64,000 nucleotides of DNA from Botryllus schlosseri (GCA_051294905.1 CM119376.1:28520001-28584000); one strand, 5' to 3'. Positions 1 through 12,941 are shown, counted from the stretch's first letter. Numbers and translations are program-made. Notes: generated from the sequence alone by a model not told the origin.

Positions 1-572
1 TTTTATGACTAGGAGAGAGTAAATCACCGTTTCTTTATTGTGCGCGGCTTTGAGAGAATAGACAGTGAAAGCTTGTTATGAGCGCTACCGGAGCATGCCC
101 CGGCTAGGCATTCGCAAAGCGAAAACACAGAAGAGAATTCGATTTTCGCAGAGACTTCGCTATATATGGGCAATCCCATTGGGCATTTACAAGCGAGAGG
201 ACAAGAAGAATACGATTTTCGCTGTGATTTCGGTATATATAGATTGATGTGCGTCTATAAATGGTAAAGAATTGTTATTGAACAGAATTTTAGGTGGGGC
301 AATGCCCCAGTTGCCCTATAGGACGAGCCGCCACTGGTCTGCGCAGTGAGTTGGTGAGTGTGCGCAGGCTCGTAAAAGATTAGAGGGAATATAGGTCACA
401 GTCTCCAGTTTGAAGGCCAAAATCTCCTGTGTTCTTCCGAGGCTGCCTTCGTCTTACTTCAAATTTAAAATGATGTGTTGGATTCAATATGGCAGGTCCA
501 ATCTATGAGATAACAATGACGTTTGTGTATGAACTCGTTGACCTTTCCGGTGAGGCTATAAAGGTTATAGTC

Positions 573-1404
573 CAGTGGTTCCCAACCTTTTTATCTTAAT
601 TCCCCACTTCCGAATTATTCCGAGCCTTTATTCCCCACCTAACATCTGTATATCAACCTTTTAAATATGCTACCTCTTATAAAATTTTGCAAGACTTTGC
701 TTAGTAAATACGAGATATATTGGGGATTGTTAAGATCCCCGGAATTGATAATTACACAGCCGTAAAATGGTAACCGTAAACGCGACTCCGTAAAAATAGG
801 TATCCACCCTGGCGCGCAGCCAACAGAAAAATAGGAGGGGCTTGAAAATCTTGTAAATGTTGCGGGGTAGCATCAATTTACATACGTAAATGCCGAATAA
901 TACATGGGTCACCGGTCAGATAAACTTCCTGGTGTTGACGAGCTCATGCGTTTGATATACATATAAGCTGCCGTAAACTTCACTTTCGCATGCTATTAAA
1001 AGTACTTGAAACTAAATAAATATCTAATTTCATTTGTAACGAGTCTGGATGTGCTATTAATTAGCGAGTCCATGATTTCCCTCGAGTACATGTTCAGCAA
1101 TATGAGCTCTTATTACAACGAATCAGGATATTTCTGTCACTACGTTTCGTGACCGATGAGGGTGTACAAATGAATAAAAACAGTTGCTGGACATCATTTG
1201 TTGCTATCCAGGCGATTCTTGCGACTTGGAGGCACTGATAACATGAATCTATGAATTGTGAATGATCGAGCTAATAAATATTAGAGATATCGATCGGCAT
1301 TTTTAAACGAAATTTATTAAAGGAGAACTGTAAAGTTTTTTTTCAAAAGTGAGTCCTATTCCCCACCAGAAATCCCGAAATTCCCCACCGTTTGGGAACC
1401 ACTG
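573..1404. mobile_element. Non-autonomous hAT (Buster/Charlie-type) element, 832 bp
   Basis: 13-bp perfect TIR CAGTGGTTCCCAA (573-585) / TTGGGAACCACTG (1392-1404); exact 8-bp TSD TTATAGTC at 565-572 and 1405-1412; no transposase ORF. Confidence 0.92.
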
Positions 1405-1818
1405 TTATAGTCTTATGTCTGCAGATCGTTAGCCAGCGGTCAATTGCGAACATGAATCGTGTTGAATTTCTGCTCCTTACGCCGTTTATGCAGTTTCCTT
1501 CAGAGCAATAATTAGAGGTAAAGAGACACGATCCTTATCAGCCTAAAAATTGTCCATTGATCTAATTGCACGCGGGAGGAAAGCGCACTCATACCTTTTT
1601 CCCAACATATTTCGATAAAAATGAAGGGCTGAGGTGTAAGCGAGGATAAGGACGCCTTGTTATACACTTTTACACTGCTGGTGCCAGAGGCAGTCTATCT
1701 AGTTGGAACGAAATTGGGTATCGTGATCTGAATCATGTGGTCTCTACTGCAAACGGTGTCTCGATATTACCTGATCGTCGACATTACTCGGTTAGAATTG
1801 ACTGGCTTATATTCCAAT

Positions 1819-3826
1819 CAGACATGGGGTGATTACTTCATGAATGTAATCGATTGCGATTACGATTACTTCTCAATCACGCGATTACGATTACGATTAC
1901 GATTACAGCAAAATCAGCGAGTAGTCGATTACGATTACTATTACATTTGCAAAGTAATCACGATTACTCACGATTACATTTAGTTTGCTTCTTGAAACTA
2001 CTCTTAGAAGCTATATTGAAAGTCAATATATGGATTGTGATGAAAAGGCCTAATGAGATAACAACTTTCTTTATAAATGATGCGTCATTTGCATGTTGCG
2101 TCATAATTTACCCATTGCCCAACTTTATAGAGGACGATTTATCGCACCCACCGATTTGCATTCTTGCCATGTCCGTAACTGCCGCACCCCAAACTCCCCA
2201 ATAGGTTGCGGGGCTAGCTCGTAGGCGACTCAAAAGTATTTCGTAAATCAACATAAATTACTATTTTTGAGAGATATAATTAACTTGAAAATTTTCTTCG
2301 AGCCTCGTGATTTAATATATCTATATAACTTGATTTTCAAATGCATAAGGGCCTACGTCCTCCCATAAAAAAGACAGGCCTAATACAATATAGACATAGA
2401 CATTTCGCATTTCGGTGCCGGTCATTGCCGCGCCACGACACACCAAAATACAGAAGCAGACTCAGTCAACATGCGACTCCACGAAGTGTGCAACCATAAA
2501 AAGACCTAGGCCGAAACTTCGAGTAAGTGTTCATTGTAAATAGCCGCGATGGACGGGCGTGACGAATAGTCCTGCCAGACCAATCTGAGCCCCACATTAC
2601 AAATGCCACCGGGGGCACCCACCGAGGAATGAAGGCATGATGATTTGTGTGTGAGTTTCACGAAAGTTTTAGTATGCTACATTTTGGCGACTACATTTTT
2701 TGATATTATACAACAGACGGAGGTCACGAATTAACATACCATAAAAAAGTAATTATAGCAACATATCAGATGTCATAAATAATTGAGAATTACGTGCTCC
2801 CAGCCGTACCGGTAAATCTGAACATCGGGGGCTGGTAGAGGATTAAAAATGAATAGTAACGGGGCCTACGATACGCGAATATCGTAGGCCCCGACAGTAA
2901 TATATTGCAATCACCAATATTAGTGACGGAATTCAGTCACCAACCTGAAAATTGACCACCAACGTTTGAAGTGTGAGATAAATAGCTGAGGTTTTGGTCC
3001 TGAATCTAGCTACAATCCACGCTAACGTGATGTATAAGTGGATGGCTATGGTGGTAGGTCCAAATGTCAAGTAAGGGATCGCGATAAAACGATTGGGGCC
3101 CGTAGAGTCATATGAGAAAAAGATAAAGTAAACATAAAATTCTGCCTTCCACTTAACACAGATGCTGCCATTACGAGAAAAGGCAATGAACGGCTAGGTT
3201 ATGATATAGCAGCTGTTAGTTTTTCTAATGCTTCATTGTGAAAATCGTAATGTTTCATTTGACGAATACAAAAATTTTCATCTTTGTCCGGTGTACGTAC
3301 GTACAGGCCTACTGCTGCTCGCCAAGCAACAACGGTCAAACTACGTTTAACTATAAGCATAACCAAACATATAAGTTACTATTGGAAATGAGACTGAGTG
3401 GTGATGATTTTCCTGCTGCGAGAAGTGGCGTCTGCATGGCGGGTTTTCTTACAATCACGCTACTACGTACGTGTACAATACAATTGTACATCGAATATCT
3501 ATGTGTGGATGCTTGTTACGCAATGACGAGCAACGCTAGGACTTCTGACGTAATAATGAGCAGTGGCGTTTGAAAATCAAATCAATAAACCAGGGATAAC
3601 ATCTCTTCCTTGCTAACTAATGTCCAGTTTATATCATAGTCCTTGTATACAAATAAAAAGTAATCGTTCTTTCACAAAGAAATCGATTAAATATGTGAAG
3701 TAGTCGATTACGATTACGATTACTTCGGATTTTTTTCGAATGTAATCGATTGCGATTACGATTACTTGAAAATGCTGTAATCGTCGTAATCGATTACGAT
3801 TACTAATCGCGATTACCCCATGTCTG
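1819..3826. mobile_element. Non-autonomous hAT element, 2008 bp, with subterminal GATTAC arrays
   Basis: 12-bp TIR CAGACATGGGGT / ACCCCATGTCTG; exact TSD ATTCCAAT at 1811-1818 and 3827-3834; GATTAC/GTAATC arrays at about 1831-1980 and 3700-3815. Confidence 0.92.
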
Positions 3827-4183
3827 ATTCCAATGCATCTTTTTTTTCGAAGTAGTGACCAGTAGAGCAGTGGTGAACTTCCAAAATTCCTATAGTTAAA
3901 AATAGCTTTCTATCAACTTTGCTGCAGTAACTGGATTTTTTAATATCATATTAACCACTTCGATTTCATCCGAAGAATTCAAGCGTGGTTTAAGCACATT
4001 AAAACGCATCGAGACTTCTCCTAGAATCGGGATGTGTACAGATATAGGCTCGATGAGTTATAGTAGATGTAGGCCTACTCAGGATTCTCAGCGCTGCCAT
4101 TATGGGTATTCCAGATTTCAATGAATTCGTCATTGAACATCTTGCAACTATGAAATCACGCCGCGCGCAATACGCCTACTGAT

Positions 4184-4590
4184 CAGAGATGAGCATGGAT
4201 TTGGATTAGGTTTTGAAAAAACAGGATTTGTGAAATTTTGTCGGATTTGGATTGAATTTGGATTAGACATTTTTTTCAGAACGGATTAAGATTTGGATTG
4301 GATTTACCTATTTCCTGGGAGATTGAAATGTCGTGTGGCGAATGGCGACAAACTTTATTCAGATCAGTTATCAATGTACTTATGGTTACTAAGGTATCTT
4401 GAATCAAGTGAATCGTTGGTCGTGAAAGAAAATTTTCGAATCCCTCCATTGCATAAATTGGTATTTTTTCTGAATTTCCAGTTGGAATCGGATTAGGATT
4501 GGACATGGACTTGAATATGAAAAAGTTATGGATTAGGATTCGGATTTGGATTGGATTGGGACATAGAAATTTCAAATCCGCTCATCACTG
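4184..4590. mobile_element. hAT-type MITE, 407 bp, with GGATT subterminal repeats
   Basis: TIR CAGAGATGAGC / GCTCATCACTG (1 mismatch); exact TSD CTACTGAT at 4176-4183 and 4591-4598. Confidence 0.9.
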
Positions 4591-5340
4591 CTACTGATAC
4601 AAACGTTAAAATATGCAGGTATGAACTACTGTACTTCATATTTTCTTCCGAATAATTTGAAGAGTGTCAGGTCGAAAAGCTTCGGGTCTTAATATATTTC
4701 TGTCATGAATATATTATTAAAATTTGAAATTCGTAAGCCTAGTTAACCATGCCTAATATCTATACACCATACAAACTGTGTGTGACGACCACGAAGTCAC
4801 ATTTTCACGTCAGAGTGCACTATTGTGATATCATTTAGATTATTAACATCGCATGTACCCCTTGCCCCACCACCCGATATTGTCACGAGCCGCCACTGCG
4901 CGTGTGAATGGTAAGGCTGCTGCTGATGTTAGAATGTGGTTTGCGTCAAGTTCGATTGCTGTGTGTACACTGTAAATTTTTTACCGTTGGTGACGACACC
5001 AAAAAGAACGCGTTTTGTGTAAAAAAACTAAACACCTGAAAAGATGTTTCGCGTTTTGGTTTGGCGTTGTCAAATACTGTGTTGTGCCATATACCCGGTG
5101 TCAAAAGATGTGTTGTCTCATATAGGAGTTTTCTACACCGTGCATGAACCCCAATAATCAGGCCTAAATCACCCTCTGTAGCTGTTCAAATTGATTACTA
5201 AACAATCTGGCGTGCACGACCTCTCCCCGCAGTGATTAAAATGAATTACTAAATGTTCTGGCATACTAGGCACACACCCCGCCGCTTGTAACGCAGCATA
5301 AAAATCATTCCATAGTTTGCAATGAAACCGTCATATTAAA

Positions 5341-5444
5341 AATCAACGACAGTAATAAGCATTAAGCAATGCTAAATGCAAGTTCTGCACAAAATCAGCG
5401 ACAGTAATAAGCCTTAAGCAATGCTAAATGCAAGTTATGCACAA
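5341..5444 (+). repeat. Tandem duplication, 52-bp unit x2
   Basis: AATCAACGACAGTAATAAGCATTAAGCAATGCTAAATGCAAGTTCTGCACAA repeated at 5393 with a few substitutions. Confidence 0.9.
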
Positions 5445-5884
5445 TGAAACAGTACTGTTGCTATAGTACAAATAAAGAATTGTGGCACAGCATGAAATAA
5501 TTAGATTGAAGCCATTTTAGAGCATGCGGTAACTAAGCATAATGAACTGCCGCATATGACTTAATAACCCCCGAACTTAACCCGACCCTCAAATTAACCA
5601 TTACATATAATCAAACTGACCCTTATCTACCCCTAAATGTAACGATTATACCCAGCATAGGGCAGAATTCAACCCATATGCTAAAGTGTCAAAGGATATC
5701 ACGGGACATGCTTATATCTCCACTGATCTACTGGAATGATGTATTACATTAGCGAAATACTGCAAAATAAAAGAAGACAGTGTGACAAGATAAAAGTTCA
5801 GTATGAACTACTGTAAAAATCTTGGACAGTACTAACCAACCAAAGAAAGGGGCTTATTATGCCCTTACTGCATGTGTTCACACT

Positions 5885-6971
5885 TCACATGTGTTCAAAT
5901 TTCCCAAAGAAATTACTCGATTTTTCGGAGATATATTGGGTGTTTCTGTCGCCAACAACAAGCCTCTTACCAAATGCCAGGATTTGAAATTCCTTGGGGC
6001 ATGACACATCCCAGGCATAATAACATGCCATCATATCAATTAAAACATCTAAAACCGTCGCGTCTTTATCACCGCAAGGAATCGATTCCCCCACAGCTAG
6101 AATCCAGCCTTGGATCGAACCATCCTGATGTCTTGAGACGACTAAATGTGAAGTATCATGCTTCTGACTCTTGGTCTCTATGTCGAGGGCCTGAAACACA
6201 GACACATGTTCAAGTGTACACCTACATGCGAATTTTGGAAATCGCTTGAAAAAAATCTGAAATCATCAGGTAAGGACATCCATGAAATAGACCCATTAAT
6301 AGGTTTCTTTCTATTCCGTTATGCTTTCCCATCCTATACAGCAGGGATTCTCAACCTGGGGGGGGCGCGAAGAAGCGGTCACCTGAAAATTTTTTTCGCG
6401 CCACGCACGATTGACCTACAATGCACGCGTGTTTCTCTACATATAGGCCCAATATTATATATATTTATTCTCTCATCAACCTTCATAATCGTCCATACCA
6501 CCAAACAATCTGTTGGGGTTGCTAGCATCCCAGTTGGATTTTGTGATATGATGATAAGGGGGGCGCGAAATTTGTCACTATCAAATAGGGGGGCGTGTCT
6601 AAAAAAAGGTTGAGAACCACTGCTATACAGTAATGTTTTCTCATCATATATTAATGGAAGTAGCAATTCGGTATTCATTATGCACCTGTGGAACCACCAG
6701 CGCAGATAAATCCCTCTTTTGTCGGCAGTTAATTTAGGCATCCGAAAGTTACGACTGTAATTCCAGCAGTTTGGTCAGCTCATCCCTGTCACCTCCACTG
6801 GACTAATGAAATTGAATGATATAACGGTCACTACTAATGCTGAATCAAGATGAATTTTAGGTTCCACTTTACCTGAAAAATCTTATCCAATATATTCAAT
6901 ATTTGTTGATTATTGCTTCTCATGTCGTCAATGATTGTTGCCGCAATTATGCTCTTGAAATCTTCTCTGAC
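5885..6971 (-). pseudogene. Decayed intron-containing gene, copy A (SAMD3-like C-terminal region), three recognisable exons
   Basis: Minus-strand exons bounded by AG/GT: 6873-6971 (VREDFKSIIAATIIDDMRSNNQQILNILDKIFQ), 6686-6802 (SSGGDRDELTKLLELQS*LSDA*INCRQKRDLSALVVPQ, two stops), 5885-6190 (ALDIETK...MMACYYAWDVSCPKEFQILAFGKRLVVGD...FEHM*). All three have counterparts in copy B. Family assignment is from recalled motifs. Confidence 0.7.
6342..6622. mobile_element. hAT (Buster/Charlie-type) MITE, 281 bp, inserted in an intron of pseudogene copy A
   Basis: TIR CAGGGATTCTCAACCT / AGGTTGAGAACCACTG; exact TSD CTATACAG at 6334-6341 and 6623-6630; same family as 62704-63011 (opposite orientation). 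Confidence 0.92.
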
Positions 6972-7229
6972 CTGAGACAAAAAGTAATACCGACACGAAA
7001 CACTGATAGAGGTGGCTGATAAAATAAGAGGGCCTTTTTGCTATTCACGTCAATGCTATTCACGTCAGCATTTTGATTATCTATGTAGCCTACGGCCGCA
7101 TTCCAGTGCATAGTTGCAAGGAACTAACTAGGTGCCAAATACCCCTGTTAAAATGTCCATGGTCTATTTTCAGTGGGCTATGGACTAATCTCTCTATTCA
7201 TGTCATCTTACTCAACGCACCCGAATCGC

Positions 7230-7575
7230 CAGGGTTCTAATGACTCGATTCAGGATTTTCTGATGACTCGAGTCATTTTCTCAAAACACGGAAATGACTC
7301 GACTCAAATCAATCTATGTATATCGACTCAACTTGGACTCGAGTCATTGCGCATGACTCGTACCAAGCCATATGACTCGAGACTCAGGCGGCCAAGACCA
7401 ACATTTCATTGTGATTTCGAAGAATAGTAAAGTGACCACACTATTGATATTTCGTCTATTGGTACTGGTACTTGAAAATGTGACCAGAAACTGCTAAAGT
7501 GAGGAAAATTGGTATAACATGAATGCAATCATTCGATGTCACCAACCAGAGTTGAAAAAAGTGGATTCAACAAGA
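7230..7575 (+). mobile_element. Left half of a GACTCG-repeat hAT-type MITE
   Basis: Begins CAGGGTTCTAATGACTCG; colinear with about 9221-9565 of the complete copy; no right TIR. Confidence 0.85.
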
Positions 7576-8002
7576 ATGCTGAAGAGTACCAAGCTATCCA
7601 GTCACACGCTCATGCCCACGGATCTACTGGACTGAAATATATAAACGAAATATTGCAAAAGAAAGCAAAACAGTGTCCCAAGATAAAAGTAGAGTATGAA
7701 CTACTTGCACAGCAATAACCAAGTCAAATTAGTGGGCCTATCAGGACCTTACAGTATGTGCTCAAAATTGTTGTTGAAGAAATTATTCAATTTTTCACTG
7801 ACAATAAATTAAACCCATATGTGTCATGCACTATCAAGTCGCATGCTATGTCCAGTGTCGACGAAGCTAATGGGATGTGTATACTAACGAAATACTGCAA
7901 AATAAACAAGACCGTGAGCCGAGATACAAGCAAAGGATGAGGTACTGTTTAACAACTTGCACAATGATAACCACAAGTCAAAGAAAGAGGCCTATTATGC
8001 CC

Positions 8003-10366
8003 TTACAATACATGTTCAAATTTCCTAAAAAAATTATTAAACTTTTTAGAGATATATTGGGTGTTTTTATCGCCGACAACAACCCTCTGAATAAATGCCA
8101 GGAATTGAAATTCCTTCGGGTATGACACATCCCAGGCATAATAACATGCCATCATATCGGATAGAATATCGAACACCATTGCACCGCCGTTACCTCACGG
8201 GACGGATTTCCCAACAGCTATGATCCAGCCTTGAATTGACCCATCCTGATGTCTTGCGACAACTAGATGCGGGGATAATGCTTTTGACTCTTGGTCTCTA
8301 TGTCGTGACCCTGAAACACAAGACATACTGGTGAAGCATGTGCTTACATACGAATTTTAGTAATCGCTTCGAGAAAATTCAAAGTCAAGTTAGGATATCC
8401 ATGAAATACATCTATTTACAGGTTAGCCTTTCCTACCTAAACATATTCCAATTACATATTAATGGAAGAAGCAATTATGTATTTGTTATGTACCTGTTGG
8501 ACTGGCAAAGCAGTCAAACCGATTTTTGTCGGCAGTTAATTCTGGCGTCTGCGAGTTCCGATTTGTAGTTACAGCAGCTTGGAGAGTTCATCCTTGTCAC
8601 CTTTCAGTGGACTGATGAAATGGAATGATAAAATAGTTATTACTAATGCCAAAGCACACTCAATATGCACGTCCAAATTTACCTGGAATATTACATCCAA
8701 TAACTATCATATTTTGATAACAGCTTTTCGTGTCTTCAATGGTTGTTGGCGCGATTATGTTCTTGAACTGTTCTCTGATCTGAGGTGAACAGTAAAATCA
8801 TCACAAAACACTCATAGAAATGGCTGATAACATTAGGCCAGGACCGGCCATCATTTTTTGTTATTCACGACCTCGTTTCGATTTCCTATGTAGCCCACGG
8901 CTGCATTTTAGTGCATAGTTATAATGAACTATCTTGACACCAAATACCCACGTTGAACTTTCCATGGTATATTTACAGTGAATTATGGACTAACCATGTC
9001 GTCATGACGTCTTACTCGACAGACTGAAATTGCTAGTAGTCGTGAAGTTATGAATAACTATAGTGGAATTAATGTTGTAGTTTCCCATATTACTACCAAA
9101 TATGTAAGCAGATATGGTAAGCCGTATCTATGGCTGCCACAATCTTTTACGCAACAAATGTTGAGGCCTAGAAAAATGTGACACTGAGAATGTTAGGAAT
9201 ATTTTGTGCTCACATAAAAGCAGGGTTGTAATGACTCGAGTCACGATTTTCTGATGACGCGACTTGACCCGAGTCATTTTCTCAAAATACGGAAATGACT
9301 CGACTCGAGTCAATCTGTATATTGACTCGACTTGGAGTCGGGTCATTGCGCACAACTCGAACCAAGTCAAATGATTCGAGACTCGGGCCTACACTTCATT
9401 GTACTTTCGAGGAATGATAAGTAACCACACTATTGGGATTACGTATATTGGTATCAGTATTATAAATGTGACCAGAAACTGCTAAAAGTGAGGATAATCA
9501 GTTTATTATAAATGCGAACCATTCGATATCGCCAAGCAGAGCTATAAAAAGTGGATTAACAAGACTTTAACTGCAAACTTAGCAGTCAATACAATGACTT
9601 GGACTCGGACTCGAGTCATATTACCATGGCTCGGACTCTATCATCTGCTCGCTGACTTCGACTTGACTCAATGGTGAATTGAAAATGACTCGACTTGACT
9701 CAGGTCAATCTATAAAAGTGAGATTGACTTGTGACTCGGAGCCTTGTGACTTGGTTACAACCCTGCATAAAAGACTAAAATCCATGAATGAGTTTGCAAT
9801 TGTTCTAGTTTTAATCTTATTCAAGGTTTTCCGGAAAAAGCTACAGAAGAACTGTATAGTGCGGACCAAGGCAATCTTGCTGAACAAACATTTTCTATTC
9901 CCATCCTTATGAGATTGAACTCTGATCTGTTATGAACTCAACTTGATTGAATGTCCGGTTTTCAAAAATTCAGTAAATCTATTTATAATCCAATTTAAAA
10001 AATACTTTTAGCCACAATTGGAATATAATTTGGGAAAATGCAGCATAACCGTATTTCTAATTTGTCTAATTCAGGAAAAATGAGCAGCTAGACTTGTAAT
10101 CTAATTTGAAAAAGCTGATAATTTTCTTGTTGTCCAAGTCTGCCTTGCCTTACCGTCTACCACACGAGTACGATGAACTATAAAGTGATTTTAAAATGGT
10201 TCCATGATGTAATACCCACACTCACCAGTTTGATATCAGTCAAGGAAGGAAACCGATCAAGTATTCCCGACAGAGGATTGTCTTTTTGCATTATCTTAGA
10301 ACGTCGATGTCCGATTGTCCGTACAGGTGGCGATTCTTGTGGCACTTCAGCAAGAGTTTTTAAAGC
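8003..10366 (-). pseudogene. Decayed intron-containing gene, copy B (SAMD3-like C-terminal region), four recognisable exons
   Basis: Exons 10226-10366 (ALKTLAEVPQESPPVRTIGHRRSKIMQKDNPLSGILDRFPSLTDIKL, donor GTGAGT; 5' boundary not defined), 8683-8779 (IREQFKNIIAPTTIEDTKS..., 2 bp shorter than A), 8494-8611 (1 bp longer than A), 8003-8310 (...SVP*GN...MMACYYAWDVSYPKEFQFLAFIQRVVVGD...FEHVL*, with a frameshift). Confidence 0.7.
9221..9765. mobile_element. Complete GACTCG-repeat hAT-type MITE, 545 bp, in the long intron of copy B
   Basis: Perfect 11-bp TIR CAGGGTTGTAA / TTACAACCCTG; exact TSD CATAAAAG at 9213-9220 and 9766-9773. Confidence 0.92.
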
Positions 10367-12129
10367 TTATTCGGGCTATCAAAAAATTAGCACAGCCAAC
10401 AGGATTGTAGACGGGACATTATTTGATGAACTTATTATCGACGAAGCATTATTTCTGCATTAATAGCATATATCTGTCAAATTAATATTCATGATTACAT
10501 TTGGTAAAACCTTTCAACCCCACCCAAGATGCACTGAATAATAAAGCAGTGTGGAAAGGTTTCACACGGCCAATCAGGAGAGATATCAAAGCACATGAAT
10601 AAATCGAATCAACTACATTGTTGATTCATTGAATCCAAGAAAGTACATGAATACATCATCACTGCCAACTATACATCATGAGGTACACACTACACAGGTT
10701 AAGGCGAAGCAACAATTATGAGGATTAAATAATTAATATTTTGCGCAACAATTTGCACAAAACATGTTCATAGGGAACACTGATTCGTGGTGATCAAGTG
10801 AGCTCGTATCAATGTTTACAATGGATCAAACCACGAATAACATAGAATTTACAAGTGGATATAAACTCTTCTAGCAGAGAGAGTTATCAGAGCATAGGAA
10901 TAAAATCATCACTGTCGACTGAATTATCATGTAGACTACACAGACTTTACAGAAATAGATTCTCCATAGGATATGTTGTTTGCCAATTAACACTTCGTGT
11001 ACACGGCATGTTCAGGGGGAACACGAATAGGTGATGGTCATGTAAAAACCATTCAACGTCTATTAGTTGGCCAGGCCCTGAAAACGACATCAACCACCTA
11101 TACCACATCTCCTTCGAGCCTTCAGTGCTTCATAATTAAGCAAGCAAATGGTGTAATGCCTGACCAGGACCATGTTGTAAATTTCCTCAAACTTTCAAAA
11201 TGTCACTACACCAGCCTAACTAAGCCCTGATTGCACTAATATTGTAGCATACCATGATGTAACATACTAAGGAAGGCGAATACTTTAGCTTTTACCTTTC
11301 AATTTATCGATATGGTGAGATGCGATACCGGTAATGGCTAAGAAAGTCCTCAAATCGACGCACACCGCACAGCCGCATACTCAACCTGTCATGACGTCGT
11401 ATCGCAAAAGAACCACATGGCTGTGTGCGACAGGTGATGACGTTGTCAGTATTGAGAAAAAGTGAACGCGAAAAAAGGGAAGACATCAAATTTCTCTCGA
11501 TCGCGGCGTTGTTTACACCATTGGCCGTTGCCACCAACGGAAAATAGGGCGGTTGTGTTGTCTCGAATTTACAGTGTACGTCTCTTTTTGGTACGTCGTC
11601 GGTTTTCCGTCAACAGATTATGTCCATCGCTAATATAAGAATATGAGTTTAGTGTTAATCGCCGTTTTAGTATTGTGCCATGGAATATATTCTTATATCG
11701 TCCCAGAGAATTCGAAGTAGCTCATGTCCATTTTACTCATTTTGAGAAAATTAACTTTACGTGAAGTTTTCATCTTCTTTCAGCCATATATTGGCCCCGA
11801 TTAACTTTGAAAAACCGAGACAGACATAACCATGGCCAAGATATGACCGAAAAAAATTCAATAATTTTCGAAATATTGATTTTTTAAAGTCTTAAAAATG
11901 GACCTTCAAAATTTTAAAACTGGACACAAGTTAACTTTGATTCCACTGCGACGATATATAACCGTATAGACTTGTGTTGCTTGGTGTTTTTACGAGCGCG
12001 AGCAGGCGGCAGTCGTGAAGAGACGACATCCTGAGCCCAGGCACACAGCCGCGTTTTCGTTATTGGTTCGTACGCCGTAACGGGGACGCTGCAGATTTAT
12101 AGACCGTACATGGTGGTTTCAACATCCTC

Positions 12130-12220
12130 GTCACTCCACTCCGACTCCGGCTCCACTCCGAGTATCACAAAATTGGCAAAACTCCGCTCCGGATACACTC
12201 CGTTCCGATGCTCATCACTG
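12130..12220. mobile_element. Solo right end of a CTCCG-repeat MITE
   Basis: CTCCG repeats ending in GCTCATCACTG, the same terminus as the 4184-4590 element; left end not found. Confidence 0.55.
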
Positions 12221-12880
12221 ATAAGTACCAATTTAGAAGATCGCTTCCAATTCTTGAATTTAACCGCGAGATGGCAGTGTAACGTCGCCGTGGGCGTATG
12301 ATCGAATGATCACCAGCACAGCACACCAGGCTAGAGGCTACATTGCATCCGGTTTCGGATTTTCAGCGTCGCGTTTTGGGGTAATTGTATCATGGAGTTT
12401 AAACAAGACTGTCTTGTGAGACCCTGCCTGCACTAGGTTAAGGCTAAGTTACGAGAGATAAATCCCAGGTTGTTCCTTCGGAAATATTATTCATTCAAGT
12501 CATTATCGTTCCATTATCGGCAAGTTCACGATCACCAGAGGGGGATATTATATGTACAGACATTAGACAGAAATTATGCGTTTCGACATCCTCCTAGCGA
12601 CTAGCCATTCAATAACAGTGTTCATTACATTGCATTGTGCCTAATTAATCGCATTGTATAGATCAGTATCGCTTGCCATAAGTAGGCTACGGCAGAATAC
12701 GCTCAAGTATGTAATGTTACAAGAATCCGCTTATCGTACCAGTCTTTAGACTCGATTGCATATTTCGAAGCCATTGAGTAGATGAGACTCGGGAGGTACA
12801 GAACTTCAATATACAACTGTATAGTATATTGATTGAAATTTATTTCGGAGTAGACTCGGTTCTCGGACTTGAGTAAGTAT

Positions 12881-12885
<5 letters not shown>

Positions 12886-12931
<46 letters not shown>

Positions 12932-12941
12932 GTGTGTGTGT
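12886..12941 (+). repeat. Compound microsatellite (CT)22 followed by about (TG)5
   Basis: Direct read. Confidence 0.97.

Noticed and set aside
1831-1980. Regular GATTAC repeats (and GACTCG, GGATT, GTGAAC arrays elsewhere) as CRISPR-like or coding repeats
   Set aside because: No repeat-spacer architecture, eukaryotic context, and each array is subterminal to a TIR-bounded element.
320-4898. Two solo right ends ACGAGCCGCCACTG (ending 336 and 4898) as the bounds of one element
   Set aside because: Both are in the same orientation, so they cannot be a TIR pair; matching left ends were not found in the window.
10173-10463. Plus-strand ORF ending RIVDGTLFDELIIDEALFLH, resembling the Walker B region of alpha-like virus SF1 helicases (possible endogenous viral element)
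   Set aside because: No proper Walker A lysine (GGDSCGTS), the motif spacing is too short, and the ORF is the in-frame antisense shadow of the minus-strand SAMD3-like exon, which has a splice donor and splices in frame to the next exon.
11000-11230. Possible SAM-domain exon upstream of pseudogene copy B
   Set aside because: Multiple stops, no clear splice sites and only vague similarity.
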